DNA from: an uncultured Gemmatimonadales bacterium
GTDB taxonomy: Bacteria; Gemmatimonadota; Gemmatimonadetes; Longimicrobiales; Gaopeijiaceae
Direction: 5' to 3'
Assembly: GCA_963823035.1 (NCBI GenBank)
Contig: CAWGKG010000014.1
Span: 256,001-320,000 of the forward strand
Length of the DNA: 64,000 nt
The position numbers and the translations under genes were made by a program. The notes under the pieces were generated by a model that was not told the DNA's origin, did not search any database, and worked only from the letters and a program-made list of their open reading frames with translations. Positions 20,630-33,004 of the stretch are shown here, in pieces; within the stretch, counting starts at the first letter, position 1, and the number at the start of each line of letters is the position of its first letter.

Positions 20630-21646
20630 TCACTCTGCGTCCCGGGACATGGCGTCCCGCGTGGCCTGTACGACCTTCGCCACCGCCGCGGGCATCGGTC
20701 CGGGCACCACGGCCCCGGACGCCCGGACGTGCCCTCCGCCGCCGAAGCGCCGGGCCAACTCGTTCACGTCGACCGGCCCGTTGGAACGGAACGACACCTT
20801 CACCTCGCCGGTGGTCGTCAGGCGGAAGAGGAGCCCGACCTTCGCGCCCTCGACCCCCCGCGGAATGTCCACCATACCCTCGAGGTCGTCCTGGGTGGCA
20901 CCGAGCTCCAGATACGCGTCCTGGGGGATCACCATCCAGGCGATGCCCCATTCCTCGTCGAGCTCCAGCGAGTCCAGCGCCCGGCGCAGGAGACGGTACT
21001 TCCGCACCGGAGCCTTCCCATAGACCTGCGCGTACATCTGCTCCGGGTCCACGCCCCGCGCGATGAGGTCCGCGACGACGCGGTGGCTCCCGGGCGTGGC
21101 GTTCGTGAAGCGGAACGATCCGGTGTCGGTCAGGATCGCCACGTACATCCCCTCGAGGGCCAACCGCGGCCAGGGCCCGCCGGCGGAGAGGAGCACGTCG
21201 TAGACCAGCTCGCCCGCCGCGCACGCGTCGGAGTCGCGGAGGGAGAACCCCCCGATGGGCTGGTCGCCCGGCGGGTGGTGGTCGATGACGACCGTCATGA
21301 GGTCGCGAATCAGCGACCGTACCCGGCCGATGCGCTGCACCTCCCCCGTATCGACGACCACCGCGAGATCCGCCCGCTCGCAGACCTCCTTCGCGCGCGC
21401 GCTCGAAGCGTCGGCGACCCAGGAGTCCTCGACCAGGAAGCGGAACGGGTCCGGGAAGGGGGTGGGATTGACGATGTGCGCCTCGGTGCCGTTGGCCCGA
21501 AGCCAGGCGGTGAGCGCCGCCTCGCTGCCGGCGCCGTCCCCGTCGGCATTCAGATGCGTGGTGAGCACGGCGCGCCGCGAGGCCAGCAGGGCGTTGCGCA
21601 CTTCCCGTACCGAGGACACCCGCGCGTCCGGCGTGCGGTAACTCAA
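20630..21646 (-). CDS. nrnA: DHH/DHHA1 phosphoesterase (NrnA-like oligoribonuclease / pAp phosphatase)
   Basis: TTHLNADGDG, VVVD, VIDHH, LTDTGSF, KVSFRS, FGGGGH..ASG. Confidence 0.9.
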   Translation of the reverse strand: MSYRTPDARVSSVREVRNALLASRRAVLTTHLNADGDGAGSEAALTAWLRANGTEAHIVNPTPFPDPFRFLVEDSWVADASSARAKEVCERADLAVVVDTGEVQRIGRVRSLIRDLMTVVIDHHPPGDQPIGGFSLRDSDACAAGELVYDVLLSAGGPWPRLALEGMYVAILTDTGSFRFTNATPGSHRVVADLIARGVDPEQMYAQVYGKAPVRKYRLLRRALDSLELDEEWGIAWMVIPQDAYLELGATQDDLEGMVDIPRGVEGAKVGLLFRLTTTGEVKVSFRSNGPVDVNELARRFGGGGHVRASGAVVPGPMPAAVAKVVQATRDAMSRDAE

Positions 21647-21744
21647 GACCGGCTCCTGACCCTGAAACGATTTGCGCGTGGAGGGCGACGACGGGAGGAG
21701 CGCCGCGAGACGATGGAAAGGTAGGGAATGCCCCGCCGCCGCCG

Positions 21745-23023
21745 CTACCGGCCCGGGGGGCGCGGCGCGCCGGGCAGCCTCTTGCGCACCTTCGCCCAGG
21801 TGGAGGCGAGGTGCACCAGGTTGCGAGGCCGTGCGGCCGCGGACGGTCGCGTCGGCGAGGGCGCGCAGGAGGGCGTCCGGGCCGTTGGCATGCGCGGCGA
21901 CCTCCACCGAGACGCCGGCCACCTCCGTGAGCGTGTGCGCGTCCGATCCGCCTCCGCGCAGCTTCTCGTGCCGACGCGCCAGCTCCTCCGCCCGGGCGTT
22001 GAGCCGCCCGGGATGCAGCCGCCCGTTGAACACCTCGATCACGTCCACCAGCGGCGCGAGCTCCTCCGCGAAGCGCCCGCCCCCACCCTTCCCGGCGGCG
22101 AAGGGGTGCGGCAGGTAGGGAATGCCCCCCTGCGCGCGGATTCGCTCGATCGTCTCGCGCGCCGGCGTCCCCTTCGGAATCACCTCGGACAGATACAGGC
22201 CGATCACGTCGATGCCCTCGGCCGTCTTGACCTCCTCGCCGGGGATGACGCGGTCGGGCAGCGCCTCGGCCATGCGTAGCGCGACGTCGAGGCGGTTGTG
22301 GTCGGTGATGGCGATGCGCTCCACGCCGCGCGCCGCCGCCCGTTCCACCACGGCGTGCGGGTCGGAGAGGCAGTCCCACGATCCCACGGTGTGCAGGTGC
22401 AGGTCCAGGCGCAGGCGCGCCTCGCCCGCACGGACGCGCAGCGAGCGCAGCACCTCGGCGGCGCGGGCCCGCAGCGCCGCGAGCGTGCCGTCGTTGTCGA
22501 TCACGACGTCGGCGCGTCGACGCTTCGCGTCGGGATCCATCTGGGCGGCCATGATGCGCCGCGCCTCCTCCTCGGACAGCCCCCGCTGCGACGTGAGCCG
22601 CGCCAGACGCACCTCCGCCGGTGCGTGCACGAGCACCACGAGATCGAAGTGCTCCTCGAGGCCGGTCTCGTAGAGAAGCGGGATCTCCGCCACCACCAGC
22701 CGATCGCCAGCCTCGGCGCGTTCGCGCAGCCAGGCGTCGCGCAACGCGCGGATGCGGGGGTGGAGGATTGCCTCGAGGCGCCGGCGCGCCTCCTCGTCGC
22801 CGAAGATCCGGGCGCGCAATGCCGCCCGATCCAGCGTGCCGTCGGCCGCCAGGACGCCGTCGCCGAAAGCCTCGCGGACCTCCCCGAGCCCCGGCTTGCC
22901 GGGGGCCACGGCCTCGCGCGCCAACACGTCCGCGCTCACGACCGACACGCCCGCCCGGGTCCAGGCCTCGGCCACGGCCGACTTCCCCGACGCGACGTTG
23001 CCGGTGAGCGCGACGCTCAGCAC
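21745..23023 (-). CDS. coaE: Dephospho-CoA kinase fused in frame to a C-terminal PHP phosphoesterase domain (one frameshift near 21820 in the tail)
   Basis: LTGNVASGKS, ILHPRI, EIPLLYE, RIMAAQM, DVVIDNDG; then DLHLHT, ITDHN, PGEEV, LPHPF, IEVFN, GGSDAH; shifted tail LVHLASTWAKVRKR ends at TAG 21747-21745. Confidence 0.85.
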
Positions 23024-23667
23024 GAACGATCCTCCGGGCCCCGCGCCGCGCCGGTCCGCCGCCTCCCGCTGCGCAGCCGGCGGCGCAGCGTCCACGCCAC
23101 CACCACGCCGACGGCGCAGAACGCCACCGCGCCGCCGATCCCGAGCGCACGCGTCGCGACCTCCCAGCTTCCGCGCGCCACCGCGCCGATGCCGACATAG
23201 AGGCCGACGCAGGCCACGAGTCCCACCAGCTCGTACGCCAGGAAGCGGGTGTAGGCGATCCGGCTCATCCCGGCCGCCATGGGCATGACCGTGCGCACGA
23301 AGGCGATCACGCGGGCCAAGCTGACCGAGTAGGCCGGATGGCGCCCGAACCACCGATCGAGCTCGGCGCCACGGTGCTGCACGCGCCGGGCCCACCGCCC
23401 ACCCCCCGCGAGGATACGCTGCCCGGAGGCGCGCCCCACCCAGTAGCCCATCGAGTCGCCGAGCGCCCCGCCCGCCAGGACCGCCCCGACCATGGGGACC
23501 AGCCTCAGCTCACCGTCGAGTGCCAGCACGGTGCCGAGCGCGGTGGCGAGCCCGGCCGGCACGACCAGGCCGGTCACGAAGCAGGTCTCCAGGAGCGCGA
23601 GGGCGAAGAGGAGCCAGGGGCCGTAGACGGGAATCAGCTCGAGGAGCCGGTCGGTGAAGTAGGTCAC
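23017..23667 (-). CDS. DedA family membrane protein
   Basis: LLETCFVTGLVVPAG, GDSMGYWVGR, ARVIAFVRT..P..AG. Confidence 0.9.
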   Translation of the reverse strand: MTYFTDRLLELIPVYGPWLLFALALLETCFVTGLVVPAGLATALGTVLALDGELRLVPMVGAVLAGGALGDSMGYWVGRASGQRILAGGGRWARRVQHRGAELDRWFGRHPAYSVSLARVIAFVRTVMPMAAGMSRIAYTRFLAYELVGLVACVGLYVGIGAVARGSWEVATRALGIGGAVAFCAVGVVVAWTLRRRLRSGRRRTGAARGPEDRSC

Positions 23668-23707
23668 GAGGGGTCGGCACGCGAAAGGCCCGTCGGCGTC
23701 GCGGGCG

Positions 23708-24092
23708 TCAACGCTTGGGGCGCTTGCGAGGCTCGGACACCTCGAAGTCGTCGTCCGTGCTCCGGGTCCGATCCGGACCGTACGAGACGATGGCCACCGA
23801 GTCGACCAGGACCCTCAGGTCGTACGTCGACCCCCACGGGTCCTGCTTCAGATCGTCGGTGGAGTAGCGCGTGTCGAGCCAGTCCTTGAAGTTCCTCTGA
23901 TCCGGGATCTTGCCCGAGAGGACCTCGTAGTTGACCACGTCGCGGCCGACCTGCTTCATCTCCTCCTTGGTGTCCCACTTCATCACGGGCAGCCATACGG
24001 GGGCTGTGACCCCCTTGAGCCAGCTCCGGGAATCGGGGAAGTAGAGCGTCACCAGCGAGCCACAGGAGGGCGAGGAGGACGACCTTACGCAC
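23708..24092 (-). CDS. Small membrane-anchored protein with a GspG-like C-terminal domain (frameshift near 24060)
   Basis: VRKVVLLALLW-LVTLYFP anchor; DPWGSTY...IVSYGPD....TDDD resembles the T2SS G pseudopilin C-terminus. Confidence 0.6.
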
Positions 24093-24349
24093 GCGCTCCT
24101 CCTCATCTGCCGGCGCATCTCGCTCCCCCAGACCAGGTAGCGCTCGAGCTCGTCCGCCGAAGGCGTGGCATCACCGTCACCGTACGCGGTCTCCAGCCGC
24201 CACCGCATGTACGAAGCCGGGGGCAACGGGAGGAACGGCGGGCGGCGATACCAATGACGGGCCCTGAAGGCCCACGCCGCCCGCAGGAGGTGCGGGATCG
24301 TGCGGGGCCGTCTGACGGCGAGCCCCGCCATGCTCAAGTACAGCGACAA
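24085..24349 (-). CDS. Small conserved hypothetical protein
   Basis: W.FR...WYRRPPFLPLP...YMRWRLETAYG....P...ELERYL.W; limits approximate. Confidence 0.6.
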
Positions 24350-24543
24350 CGTCTCTCCGGCTCGTCGTTCGCGGTCGCGGCTGAGCCCCTGGGGGGGCCT
24401 CGGCATCTTCGAATCTAGACCCCGCCCGCGCGGGGAACAACGACGGAGGCACGGGCGGAAAAACGCATGTTTCCCCGAAAATCGCGCGTCGTCCGGCGGC
24501 TTTGGCAGCGGAACCACCGCACCCGCGCAGGGTGTGATCCACC

Positions 24544-26636
24544 ATGCCGAACCGACTCGCCCAGGAGAGCAGCCCCTACCTGCTCCAGCACGCCGACAAC
24601 CCCGTGGACTGGTATCCGTGGGGAGAAGAGGCGCTGTCCCGGGCACGTGAGCTGGACCGGCCGATCCTCCTGTCCATCGGCTACTCCTCCTGCCACTGGT
24701 GTCACGTGATGGAGCGGGAGTCGTTCGAGGACGTGTCGGTGGCCGAGGCCATGAACGAGGCGTTCGTGAGCGTGAAGGTCGACCGGGAGGAGCGCCCCGA
24801 CGTCGACCAGGTGTACATGCGCGCGGTGCAGGCGATGACCGGCCAGGGAGGCTGGCCGCTCACCGTCTTCCTCACGCCCGGCGGGCGAGCCCTACTACGG
24901 TGGGACGTACTTCCCCCCGACCGCGCGCCAGGGGATGCCGTCCTTCCGCCAGGTCCTCGACGCCGCCGCACGCGCCTGGCGCGATCGCCGCGAAGACGTC
25001 CGCAAGGGCGCTTCCGACCTCCTCGCGGCCCTGCGCAAGGCGCACGAAGCGACGCCCGAGGGCGGCGGCGCGGCGCTCCCCGGTGAGGCGCTCCTCGACC
25101 GTGCCGTGCGCGCCATGGCCGGCCAGTACGACGCGACCCACGGCGGCTTCGGCGGCGCACCCAAGTTCCCCCAGCCGGTGACGCTGGAGGTGCTCCTGCG
25201 CCAGCACGCGCGCACGGGCGCCGCGGCGCCCCTCGACATGGCGCTCCACACGCTGCGCCGCATGGCGGCGGGCGGGATCCGCGACCACCTGGGCGGCGGC
25301 TTCCATCGCTACTCCGTGGACGCCCGCTGGCTGGTGCCGCACTTCGAGAAGATGCTCTACGACAACGCCCTCCTGGCGCGCGCCTACCTGGACGCCTACC
25401 GCGTCACGGGCGCCGCGGACCTCCGGGAAGTCGCGGAGCAGACGTTGGACTACCTCCTCGGCCGACATGCGGGACCCGCGGGGCGGATTCTACTCGGCAC
25501 GCGACGCGGACTCCGAGGGAGAGGAAGGCCGCTACTACGTGTGGACGCCCGGGCAGGTGCTCGCCTCCCTCGGCGACGACGAAGCCGGCCCGTTCATGCG
25601 CTGCTACGACGTGACGCCCGGCGGGAACTTCGAGGGCAGGAACATCCTCTGGCTTCGGCACGACCTCGACGCCGTGGCCCGATCCGAGTCGATGGAGCCC
25701 GAGGCACTGCGTCGCCTTCTGGCCGGGGCCCGCGCCACGCTGCTCGAGGTGAGGTCGCAGCGGGAGCCTCCCCTGCGCGACGAGAAGGTGCTCACGGGCT
25801 GGAACGGGATGGCCCTGCGCGCCTTCGCCGAGGCGGGGGGGACCCTCGGGCGCCGCGACTGGACCGACGCGGCCGTCACGGGCGCCGACTTCATCCTGAC
25901 CGAGATGCGCCGCGACGGCGCCCTCCTCCACGCCTGGAAGGACGGGAAGGCGAAGATCGCCGCCTTCCTGGAGGATCACGCGGCGCTCGGCAACGCGCTG
26001 CTCTCGCTGCACGAAGCGACGCTCGAGCGGCGCTGGCTGACCGAGGCCCGCTGGTGCTGCGAGGAGACCCTCGCACGCTTCTGGGACGAGCACGCCGGGC
26101 TCTTCCACGACAGCGCCGAAGAGGAGAGCAGCGCGCTCTTCATGCGCGCCCGCGACCCGATGGACAACGCCACGCCCTCCGGCAACTCGCTGGCCGCCGA
26201 GCTGCTCCTGCGCGCCGGCCACCTGTTCGGGGAGGAGCGCTACCGGGAGGTGGCGGAACGTGTGATCGACCGCGAGGCGGCGCCCATGGGTCGCTTCCCC
26301 ACGGCCTTCGGACGCCTGCTGTGCGCGGTGGACCGGGCTTCCGCCGAGCCCTTGGAGGTGGCCATCGTGGGCCCGCGCGACGCGGACGGTGCGGGCGCCC
26401 TCGGCCGGACGGCGCTCGCGACCTTCCACCGGAACCGTACGGTGGTGGGGCACGAGCCGGGGGAGCCCGACGACGGCATCCCCCTCCTGGTGGGACGGGC
26501 CGCCGTGGACGGGAAGCCGACCGCGTACCTCTGCCACGGCTACACCTGCGAGGCGCCCGTCACGGCCCCGGAGGCGCTCGCGTCGGGGATGGCCGAGGCC
26601 GCCCGCGACATCGCGGCGCGGCGCGAGCCCGGATGA
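24544..26636 (+). CDS. YyaL/SPATA20-like thioredoxin-domain (DUF255) protein (frameshifts near 24885 and 25465)
   Basis: [69 protein letters not shown]. Confidence 0.92.
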
Positions 26637-26707
26637 CGACGTTGTAGACCCACGCCCCGGCACGGCTATCTTTCGAGTTTGTGTGCTTCACCCCTGCCCC
26701 TGGCTCG

Positions 26708-28843
26708 ATGGCGACGACAGAACAGGACATCACGGGAACGGAGGACCTCGCCGGTCTCACGGCCGAACAGCTTCTCCGTATGTACCGCACGATGGTCACC
26801 TCCCGTCGGATCGACGACAGGGAGCAGAGCCTCAAGCGCCAGAACAAGATCTTCTTCCAGATCTCCAGCGCCGGGCACGAGGCCATCGGGGTCGCCATGG
26901 CCGAGCACTGCGTGGCCGCGCACGACTGGTTCTACTTCTACTACCGGGACCGCGCGTTCGCGCTCTCGTTGGGCCAGACGCCCGTCGACCACTTCCTCCA
27001 GGCCGTTGCGGCCGCGGACGACCCGTCCTCCGGCGGACGCCAGATGCCGGCCCACTTCGGCGACGTGCGCTACAACATCGTCAGCGTGTCTTCGCCGACG
27101 GGAACGCAGTTCCTGCAGGCCGTGGGCGCGGCGGAGGCCGGGCTGCGCGTCACGCAGAACCCCGACCTGCGCGCGCTCGTCGGGCGCTTCGAGGAGGACG
27201 AGATCGTCGTCGTCACGACGGGAGACGGCACCACCTCCGAGGGCGAGTTCTGGGAGAGCCTGAACACCGCCTGCAACCTGAAGCTCCCCGTGGTCTACGT
27301 GGTGGAGGACAACGGGTACGCGATCTCCGTCCCCGTCGAGGTGCAGACCGCCGGTGGGAGCATCTCGCGCCTGGTGCGCGGCTTCCCCGACCTGCACGTG
27401 GTGGAGTGCGACGGCACCGACCTGGTGGACACGTATCGCGCGGCCGGCGAGGCCACCCGGCACGCCCGTGAGCGCAGGGGACCCGCCCTCGTGCACGCGC
27501 ACTGCGTGCGCCCGTACTCGCACTCGATGTCCGACGACGAGCGCATGTACCGCCCCGAGGCGGAGCGGCAGGAGCAGGACGCGCGCGACCCCCTCCGGCG
27601 GGCGCGCGCCCTCCTCGTGTCGAGGGAGATCGCCTCGGACGAGGAGCTGGACGCCCTGGAGGCCGAGGTGGTCGAGGAGGTGTCCCGTGCCGCCGACGAG
27701 GCGCTCGAGCACCCGCAGCCGGAGATCGGCACGGAGATGCGGCACCTCTACTCCGAGGATGCCGACCCGACCTCGACCGACTTCGACACGGAGGACCGCC
27801 CCGCCTACGCGGAGGACCGGCTCCTGACGATGGTCGACCTCCTCAACGCCTGTCTGCGCGGCGAGATGGAGCGCGACCCGCGCGTGCTCGTGTTCGGCGA
27901 GGACGTGGCCGACGCCTCCCGTGAGGCCGTGCTCGGCGAGGTGAAGGGCAAGGGCGGCGTGTTCAAGGTCACGCACGGTCTCCAGGGCCGCTTCGGCTCC
28001 CACCGCGTCTACAACTCGCCGCTCGCCGAGGCCAACATCATCGGGCGCGCGGTGGGCCTCGCGACGCGTGGGCTCAAGCCCGTGGTCGAGATCCAGTTCT
28101 TCGACTACATCTGGACCGCCATGATGCAGCTCCGCAACGAGCTGGCCACCATGCGCTACCGGTCGAACGGCACCTTCGCGTCGCCCGTGGTGGTGCGCGT
28201 CACGTACGGCGGCTACCTGAAGGGCGGCGCCATCTACCACTCCCAGACGGGCGCGTCGATCTTCGCGCACACCCCCGGCCTGCGGGTGGTGCTTCCCGCG
28301 ACCGCCGAGGACGCCAACGGACTGCTGCGCACCGCCATCCGCTGCGAAGACCCCGTGCTCTTCCTCGAGCACAAGCACCTCTACCGACAGGTCTACAACA
28401 AGGGCCGCGATCCCGGGCCCGACTTCATGATCCCGTTCGGGAAGGCCAAGGTGGTCCGCGAAGGGTCGGACCTGACCGTGGTCACCTGCGGCGCGCTGGT
28501 GAAGCGCAGCCTCGACGCCGCGAAGATCGCGGCGGAGCGGCACGGCATCGACGTGGAGGTCATCGACCTGCGCACGCTGCAGCCGTTCGACATGGAGCGC
28601 ATCGCCGAGTCGGTGAAGAAGACCAGCAAGGTCGTGGTCGTCCACGAGGACGCCCTGTCCTGGGGCATCGGCTCCGAGATCGCGGCGCGCATCGCCGACG
28701 AGCTCTTCCCCTGGCTGGACGGGCCCGTGCGTCGCGTCGCCTCGAAGGACACCTGGGTGGCGTACTCGCCGCAGCTGGAGGAGGTCATCCTCCCGCAGAC
28801 GCCCGACGTGCTGAAGGCCATCGTGGAGCTCGCCGCGTTCTGA
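26708..28843 (+). CDS. 2-oxoacid (probably branched-chain) dehydrogenase E1, fused alpha/beta subunits
   Basis: TPP motif GDGTTSEG...N, HSMSDD, beta motifs [30 protein letters not shown]. Confidence 0.92.
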   Translation: MATTEQDITGTEDLAGLTAEQLLRMYRTMVTSRRIDDREQSLKRQNKIFFQISSAGHEAIGVAMAEHCVAAHDWFYFYYRDRAFALSLGQTPVDHFLQAVAAADDPSSGGRQMPAHFGDVRYNIVSVSSPTGTQFLQAVGAAEAGLRVTQNPDLRALVGRFEEDEIVVVTTGDGTTSEGEFWESLNTACNLKLPVVYVVEDNGYAISVPVEVQTAGGSISRLVRGFPDLHVVECDGTDLVDTYRAAGEATRHARERRGPALVHAHCVRPYSHSMSDDERMYRPEAERQEQDARDPLRRARALLVSREIASDEELDALEAEVVEEVSRAADEALEHPQPEIGTEMRHLYSEDADPTSTDFDTEDRPAYAEDRLLTMVDLLNACLRGEMERDPRVLVFGEDVADASREAVLGEVKGKGGVFKVTHGLQGRFGSHRVYNSPLAEANIIGRAVGLATRGLKPVVEIQFFDYIWTAMMQLRNELATMRYRSNGTFASPVVVRVTYGGYLKGGAIYHSQTGASIFAHTPGLRVVLPATAEDANGLLRTAIRCEDPVLFLEHKHLYRQVYNKGRDPGPDFMIPFGKAKVVREGSDLTVVTCGALVKRSLDAAKIAAERHGIDVEVIDLRTLQPFDMERIAESVKKTSKVVVVHEDALSWGIGSEIAARIADELFPWLDGPVRRVASKDTWVAYSPQLEEVILPQTPDVLKAIVELAAF

Positions 28844-28862
28844 CGCTCTCGGGAGGTGGAGG

Positions 28863-30386
28863 ATGAAGGCTCACAGGGTCCTTTTCCTCTCCCTCCTGGC
28901 CTGGGCGGCCTGCAGCCCGGCGGGAACCGGTGACGGCGCGAGCTCCGGCGGGCGCGTCCGACGCGGGTCGCCGGGCTCGGCTACCGTCCGGACGTGGTCG
29001 TCGTCGTGGTCGACGACCTGCGCTGGGACGAGTTCGGTGCCGCCGGCCATCCCTACCTCGAGACGCCCAACATCGACCGTCTCGCCGCCGAGGGGGCGAT
29101 GTTCGCGAGCTCGTTCCACGCCGTTCCCCTCTGCTCGCCCAACCGCGCCAGCATCCTCACGGGGCAGTACCCTTCCCGGCACGGCATCATCGACAACGTC
29201 GCGCGCAACCTGCTGAGCCACCGGCTCGAGACCTTCCCGCGCGCGATGCAGGCCTCGGGCTACCGCACCGGCTTCTTCGGGAAGTGGCACATGGGCAACG
29301 ACCCGACGCCGCGCCCGGGCTTCGACACCTGGGTGGGGCTTCCCGGCCAGGGCCGCTCGACCGACCCGGAGCTGTTCGAGGACGGCCGCCTGGCCAAGGT
29401 CGAGGGGTACACGACCGACCTCCTGACCGACCGAGCCCTCGCCTTCATCGAGCGTCAGGACGCCGATCGCCCCTGGCTGGTCTACCTCGCGCACAAGGCC
29501 GTCCACCCGGACGTGAAGCAGCGCGACGACGGCTCCGTGGACCCGAGCTCGTCGCTCGGCTACGTACCAGCCCCGCGCCACCGCGGCCGCTACGAGCAAG
29601 AGGTCTTTCCGCGGCGACCCAACGTGGTCGCCTCCGCCGAAGACCTCGACGAGCAGCCCGCGCTGCGCCGCGCGCTCGCGTATCGTGCCAGCCCCGACAT
29701 CACGCGCGAGTTCGGGGGGATCCTCGACCCGGGCACGAGCGAGGAGACGATCCGCCGGCGCGCCGAGATGCTCCTGGCCGTGGACGAGAGCCTCGGGCGG
29801 ATCATGGACGCGCTCGAAGCGCGCGGAACGCTCGACCGGACGCTCATCGTCCTCACGAGCGACAACGGCTTCTTCTTCGGAGAGCACGGCCTCTCGCTCG
29901 AGCGGCGGCTTCCGTACGAGGAATCGATCCGCAACCCGCTCCTCGTCCGCTTCCCGCCGCTGGTCGCCGCCGGCTCGCGGCCGGACGGCCTGGCGCTCTC
30001 GGTGGACATCGCGCCCACGGTGCTCGAGATCACCGACACGCCGATCTCCGATCAGATCCAGGGGCGCTCGCTGGTGCCGCTTCTGGTCGGCCAGGAGCCG
30101 GCCGATTGGCGCAAGGCCGTGCTCGTCGAGTTCTACACGTACGAGAACCCGATGCCCTGGCTGTTGGACATGGACTACCGGATGGTCCGTACCGACTCGC
30201 TGGAAGTACATCCACTGGACGCAGCACCCGGATCTCGACGAGCTGTACGACCTCGAGGCCGATCCCTACGAGATGGACAATCGCTTCGACGACGTGTCGC
30301 TGGCGCCCGTGCGCGCCGACCTGCGGGAGCAGCTCGGCCGGCTGGCCCTGGACGCGATGGGACTCGGGAGCTCGCCCGGGCGATGA
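28863..30386 (+). CDS. Sulfatase (N-acetylglucosamine-6-sulfatase-like), lipoprotein (frameshifts near 28975 and 30200)
   Basis: LAWAAC lipobox; VDDLRWD, LCSPNRASILTG (CxPxR), GKWH, TSDNG, ELYDL..DPYEM.N. Confidence 0.9.
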
Positions 30387-30425
30387 GCCCGTCGGCGAGC
30401 CTCCACCGCGAGGGCGGCCTCGAGG

Positions 30426-31768
30426 TCAACGTGGCGGGTCCGAGGGCGTCCGAGGCTCGCGGCGTCTACCCACGGACGCTGCGGCTTCTGGAGCGGGCAT
30501 GGCCTCCACCGCCCGAACCCCCTCCTTCGCCTCCGGGAGGATGAGACGGACCGCACGCTTGAAGGAGATGTAGTTCCACGCCCAGTTCACGAGCACCAGG
30601 GCGCGGTTGCGAAAGCCGATCAGCCAGACGATGTGGATGCCCAGCCAGAGCAGCCAGGCGACCATCCCTTGAAGGCGCGCCCGAAGACGTGGGCCACGGC
30701 CGCGTTGCGGCCGATCACGGCCAGCACGCCCGGGTCCTTGTAGCGGAATGGCCTCGGCGGCTTGTCGAGCACCTTGGCCGCGATGTTCTTCCCCACGGCC
30801 CGTCCCTGCTGGATCGCGACCTGCGCGACCTGCGGCAGGGGCTGCCCCCGGTCGTCCTCCCGGTAGGCCAGGTCGCCCACCACGTGGATCTCGGGGTGGT
30901 CCTCCACCTGGAGGTACTCGTTGACGGGCACGCGTCCGGCGCGCGCGACCGGCAAGCCCCACGAGGCCACGGCCGGGTCGCCGTGCACGCCGGCCGTCCA
31001 GACCACCGTCTCCGTCGGGAGCGTCTCGTCCCCCGCGAGGCTCACCGAGTCCGCGTGGACCGCCTCCACCCGCACGCCCGTCCGTACCTGGACGCGTCGG
31101 CGCGCCAGCCGGTCCGCGGCATAGGCGCCGAGCGCATCGGGCATGCCGCCGAGCAGCCTGTCGGTCGCCTCGAGCAGCACGACCTGGATCTCCTCCGCGC
31201 GCAGCCCGGGGTAGTCCCGCTTGAGCGGCCCGTGGATCAGCTCGGAGAGCGCACCGGAGAACTCCACGCCGGTCGGTCCCCCACCCACGACGGTGAAGGT
31301 GAGCAGCCGGCGGCGGCGCTCCGGATCGTCCGTAGCCGCGGCGGCTTCGAAGCAGGTGAGCACGTGGTGGCGCAGGGGGATGGCGTCGTCCATCCACCGG
31401 AGCGGGAAGGCGTGCTCGGCCGCGCCCTCCACGCCGAAGTAGTGCGAGACGCTTCCCATCGCGAGCACGAGGATGTCGTAGGGAAGCGGGCCGGCCGACG
31501 TCTCCAGGCGACGCCCCTCGACGTCGAGCCCGGTCACCTCCGCCATGCGCACCTCGACGTTCTCGGCGTCACGGAAGATCGCGCGCACGGGGTAGGCGAT
31601 GTCCGCGGGCACCAGCTCGGCGGCGGCCACCTGGTAGAGGAGCGGGAAGAAGGTGTGGTAGTTGTTGCGATCCACGAGCACGACGTCCGCGGGCGCGCCG
31701 GCGAGCGTGCGTGCCGCCCACAGGCCGCCGAAGCCGGCGCCCGCGATCACGACGCGCGGTCCCCTCAT
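30426..31768 (-). CDS. ndh: Type II NADH:quinone oxidoreductase (frameshift near 30665)
   Basis: GAGFGG, PLLYQVA, VVGGGPTGVEFSG, VWTAGV, AQVAIQQG, FRYKDPG.LAVIGR, LIGFRNR. Confidence 0.9.
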
Positions 31769-31772
31769 GGAC

Positions 31773-32932
31773 TCACACCACCGCCATGCCCGGGTCCACG
31801 TCGCGCGCCCACGCCAGAATCCCCCCGCGCAGGTTGTACACCTCGGAGGCGCCGGCACGGCTCAGACGCTCCGCGGCGTCCAGGCTCCGGATCCCACTCC
31901 GGCAGTACACCACCACGGGCCGGTCGCGCGGCACCTCGTCCAGCCGCGCATTCAGGGACCCGAGCGGGATGAGGACGGCGCCCCGACCCTCCAGGTTGCT
32001 CACCCGCCACTCCCAGGGCTCGCGCACGTCCAGGAGGAAAGGAGGACGGTCGGAGCCGAGCCGCGCGACCACCTCGGCCGCGTCCAGCTCGACCACCGCG
32101 CCCCCGGCGCCCGCGCCGTTCGTCGCGACGCCGCAGAAGACCTCGTAGTCGATGAGCCCGCGCTGCGTCGGGGCGTCGCCGCACACCGGGCACTCCGGGT
32201 TGCGACGCAGCCGCACCTCGCGCCAGGTCATCTCGAGCGCGTCGAAGATCAGCAGGCGACCGCTCAGGCTCTCCCCGACGCCGAGGATCAGCTTGATCGT
32301 CTCCATCGCCTGCAGCGAGCCGATGATCCCGGGCAGCACGCCCAGCACGCCTCCTTCGGCGCAGTTGGGCACGAGCCCGGGCGGCGGGGGCTCGCGGAAC
32401 AGGCAGCGGTAGCACGGACCTCCGGGCATGCCGAACACGGAGACCTGCCCCTCCCACCGGAAGATGGACCCGTACACGTTCGGCTTGCCGAGCAGGACGC
32501 AGGCGTCGTTCACCAGGTAACGCGTGGGGAAGTTGTCCGTGCCGTCCACCACGACGTCGTAGTCGGCGAGGACGTCCAGCGCGTTCGCGGACGTGAGCCG
32601 GGCCTGATGGCGGACCACCTGGACGTGCGGGTTCACGTCGGCCAGCCGGTCGGCGGCGCTGTCCAGCTTCGGGCGACCCACGTCCCGGGTGCCGTGCAGG
32701 ATCTGCCGCTGCAGGTTCGTCGCATCGACCACGTCGTCGTCGACGATGCCGAGCGTGCCGACGCCGGCCGCCGCGAGGTAGAGCGCGAGGGGCGATCCCA
32801 GGCCACCCGCACCGACACAGGCGACGCGCGCGGCCTTCAGCCGGCGCTGACCGTCCTCGCCCGACGCTCGGGGAGGACGAGATGGCGCGCGTAGCGCTGC
32901 AGCTCGGTGGGGGAGAGCTCGGGGAGGGTCAT
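31773..32932 (-). CDS. moeB: MoeB/MoeZ adenylyltransferase with C-terminal rhodanese (frameshift near 32860)
   Basis: RYARHLVLPE, GAGGLGSP, NLQRQ, PCYRC, PNCAEGG, CPVCG; rhodanese YCRSGIRS, GGILAW. Confidence 0.92.
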
Positions 32933-33004
32933 GGTCCGTTGCACCCCCACCCACCCCCCGGGTTCCAACCCCCATGGACAACCAGGAGGGAGACGCCTAT
33001 TCTC

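Noticed and set aside
20630..23395. 921-aa ORF suggesting a triple CoaE-PHP-DHH fusion
   Set aside because: The natural PHP tail (LVHLASTWAKVRKR) is in another frame and ends at TAG 21747-21745, followed by a spacer and a separate DHH start; the read-through comes from an indel near 21820.
23708..24646. Single ORF joining the small hypothetical protein to the GspG-like domain
   Set aside because: The hydrophobic N-terminus of the GspG-like protein (VRKVVLLALLW) lies in a different frame with its own GTG; the join is best explained by an indel.
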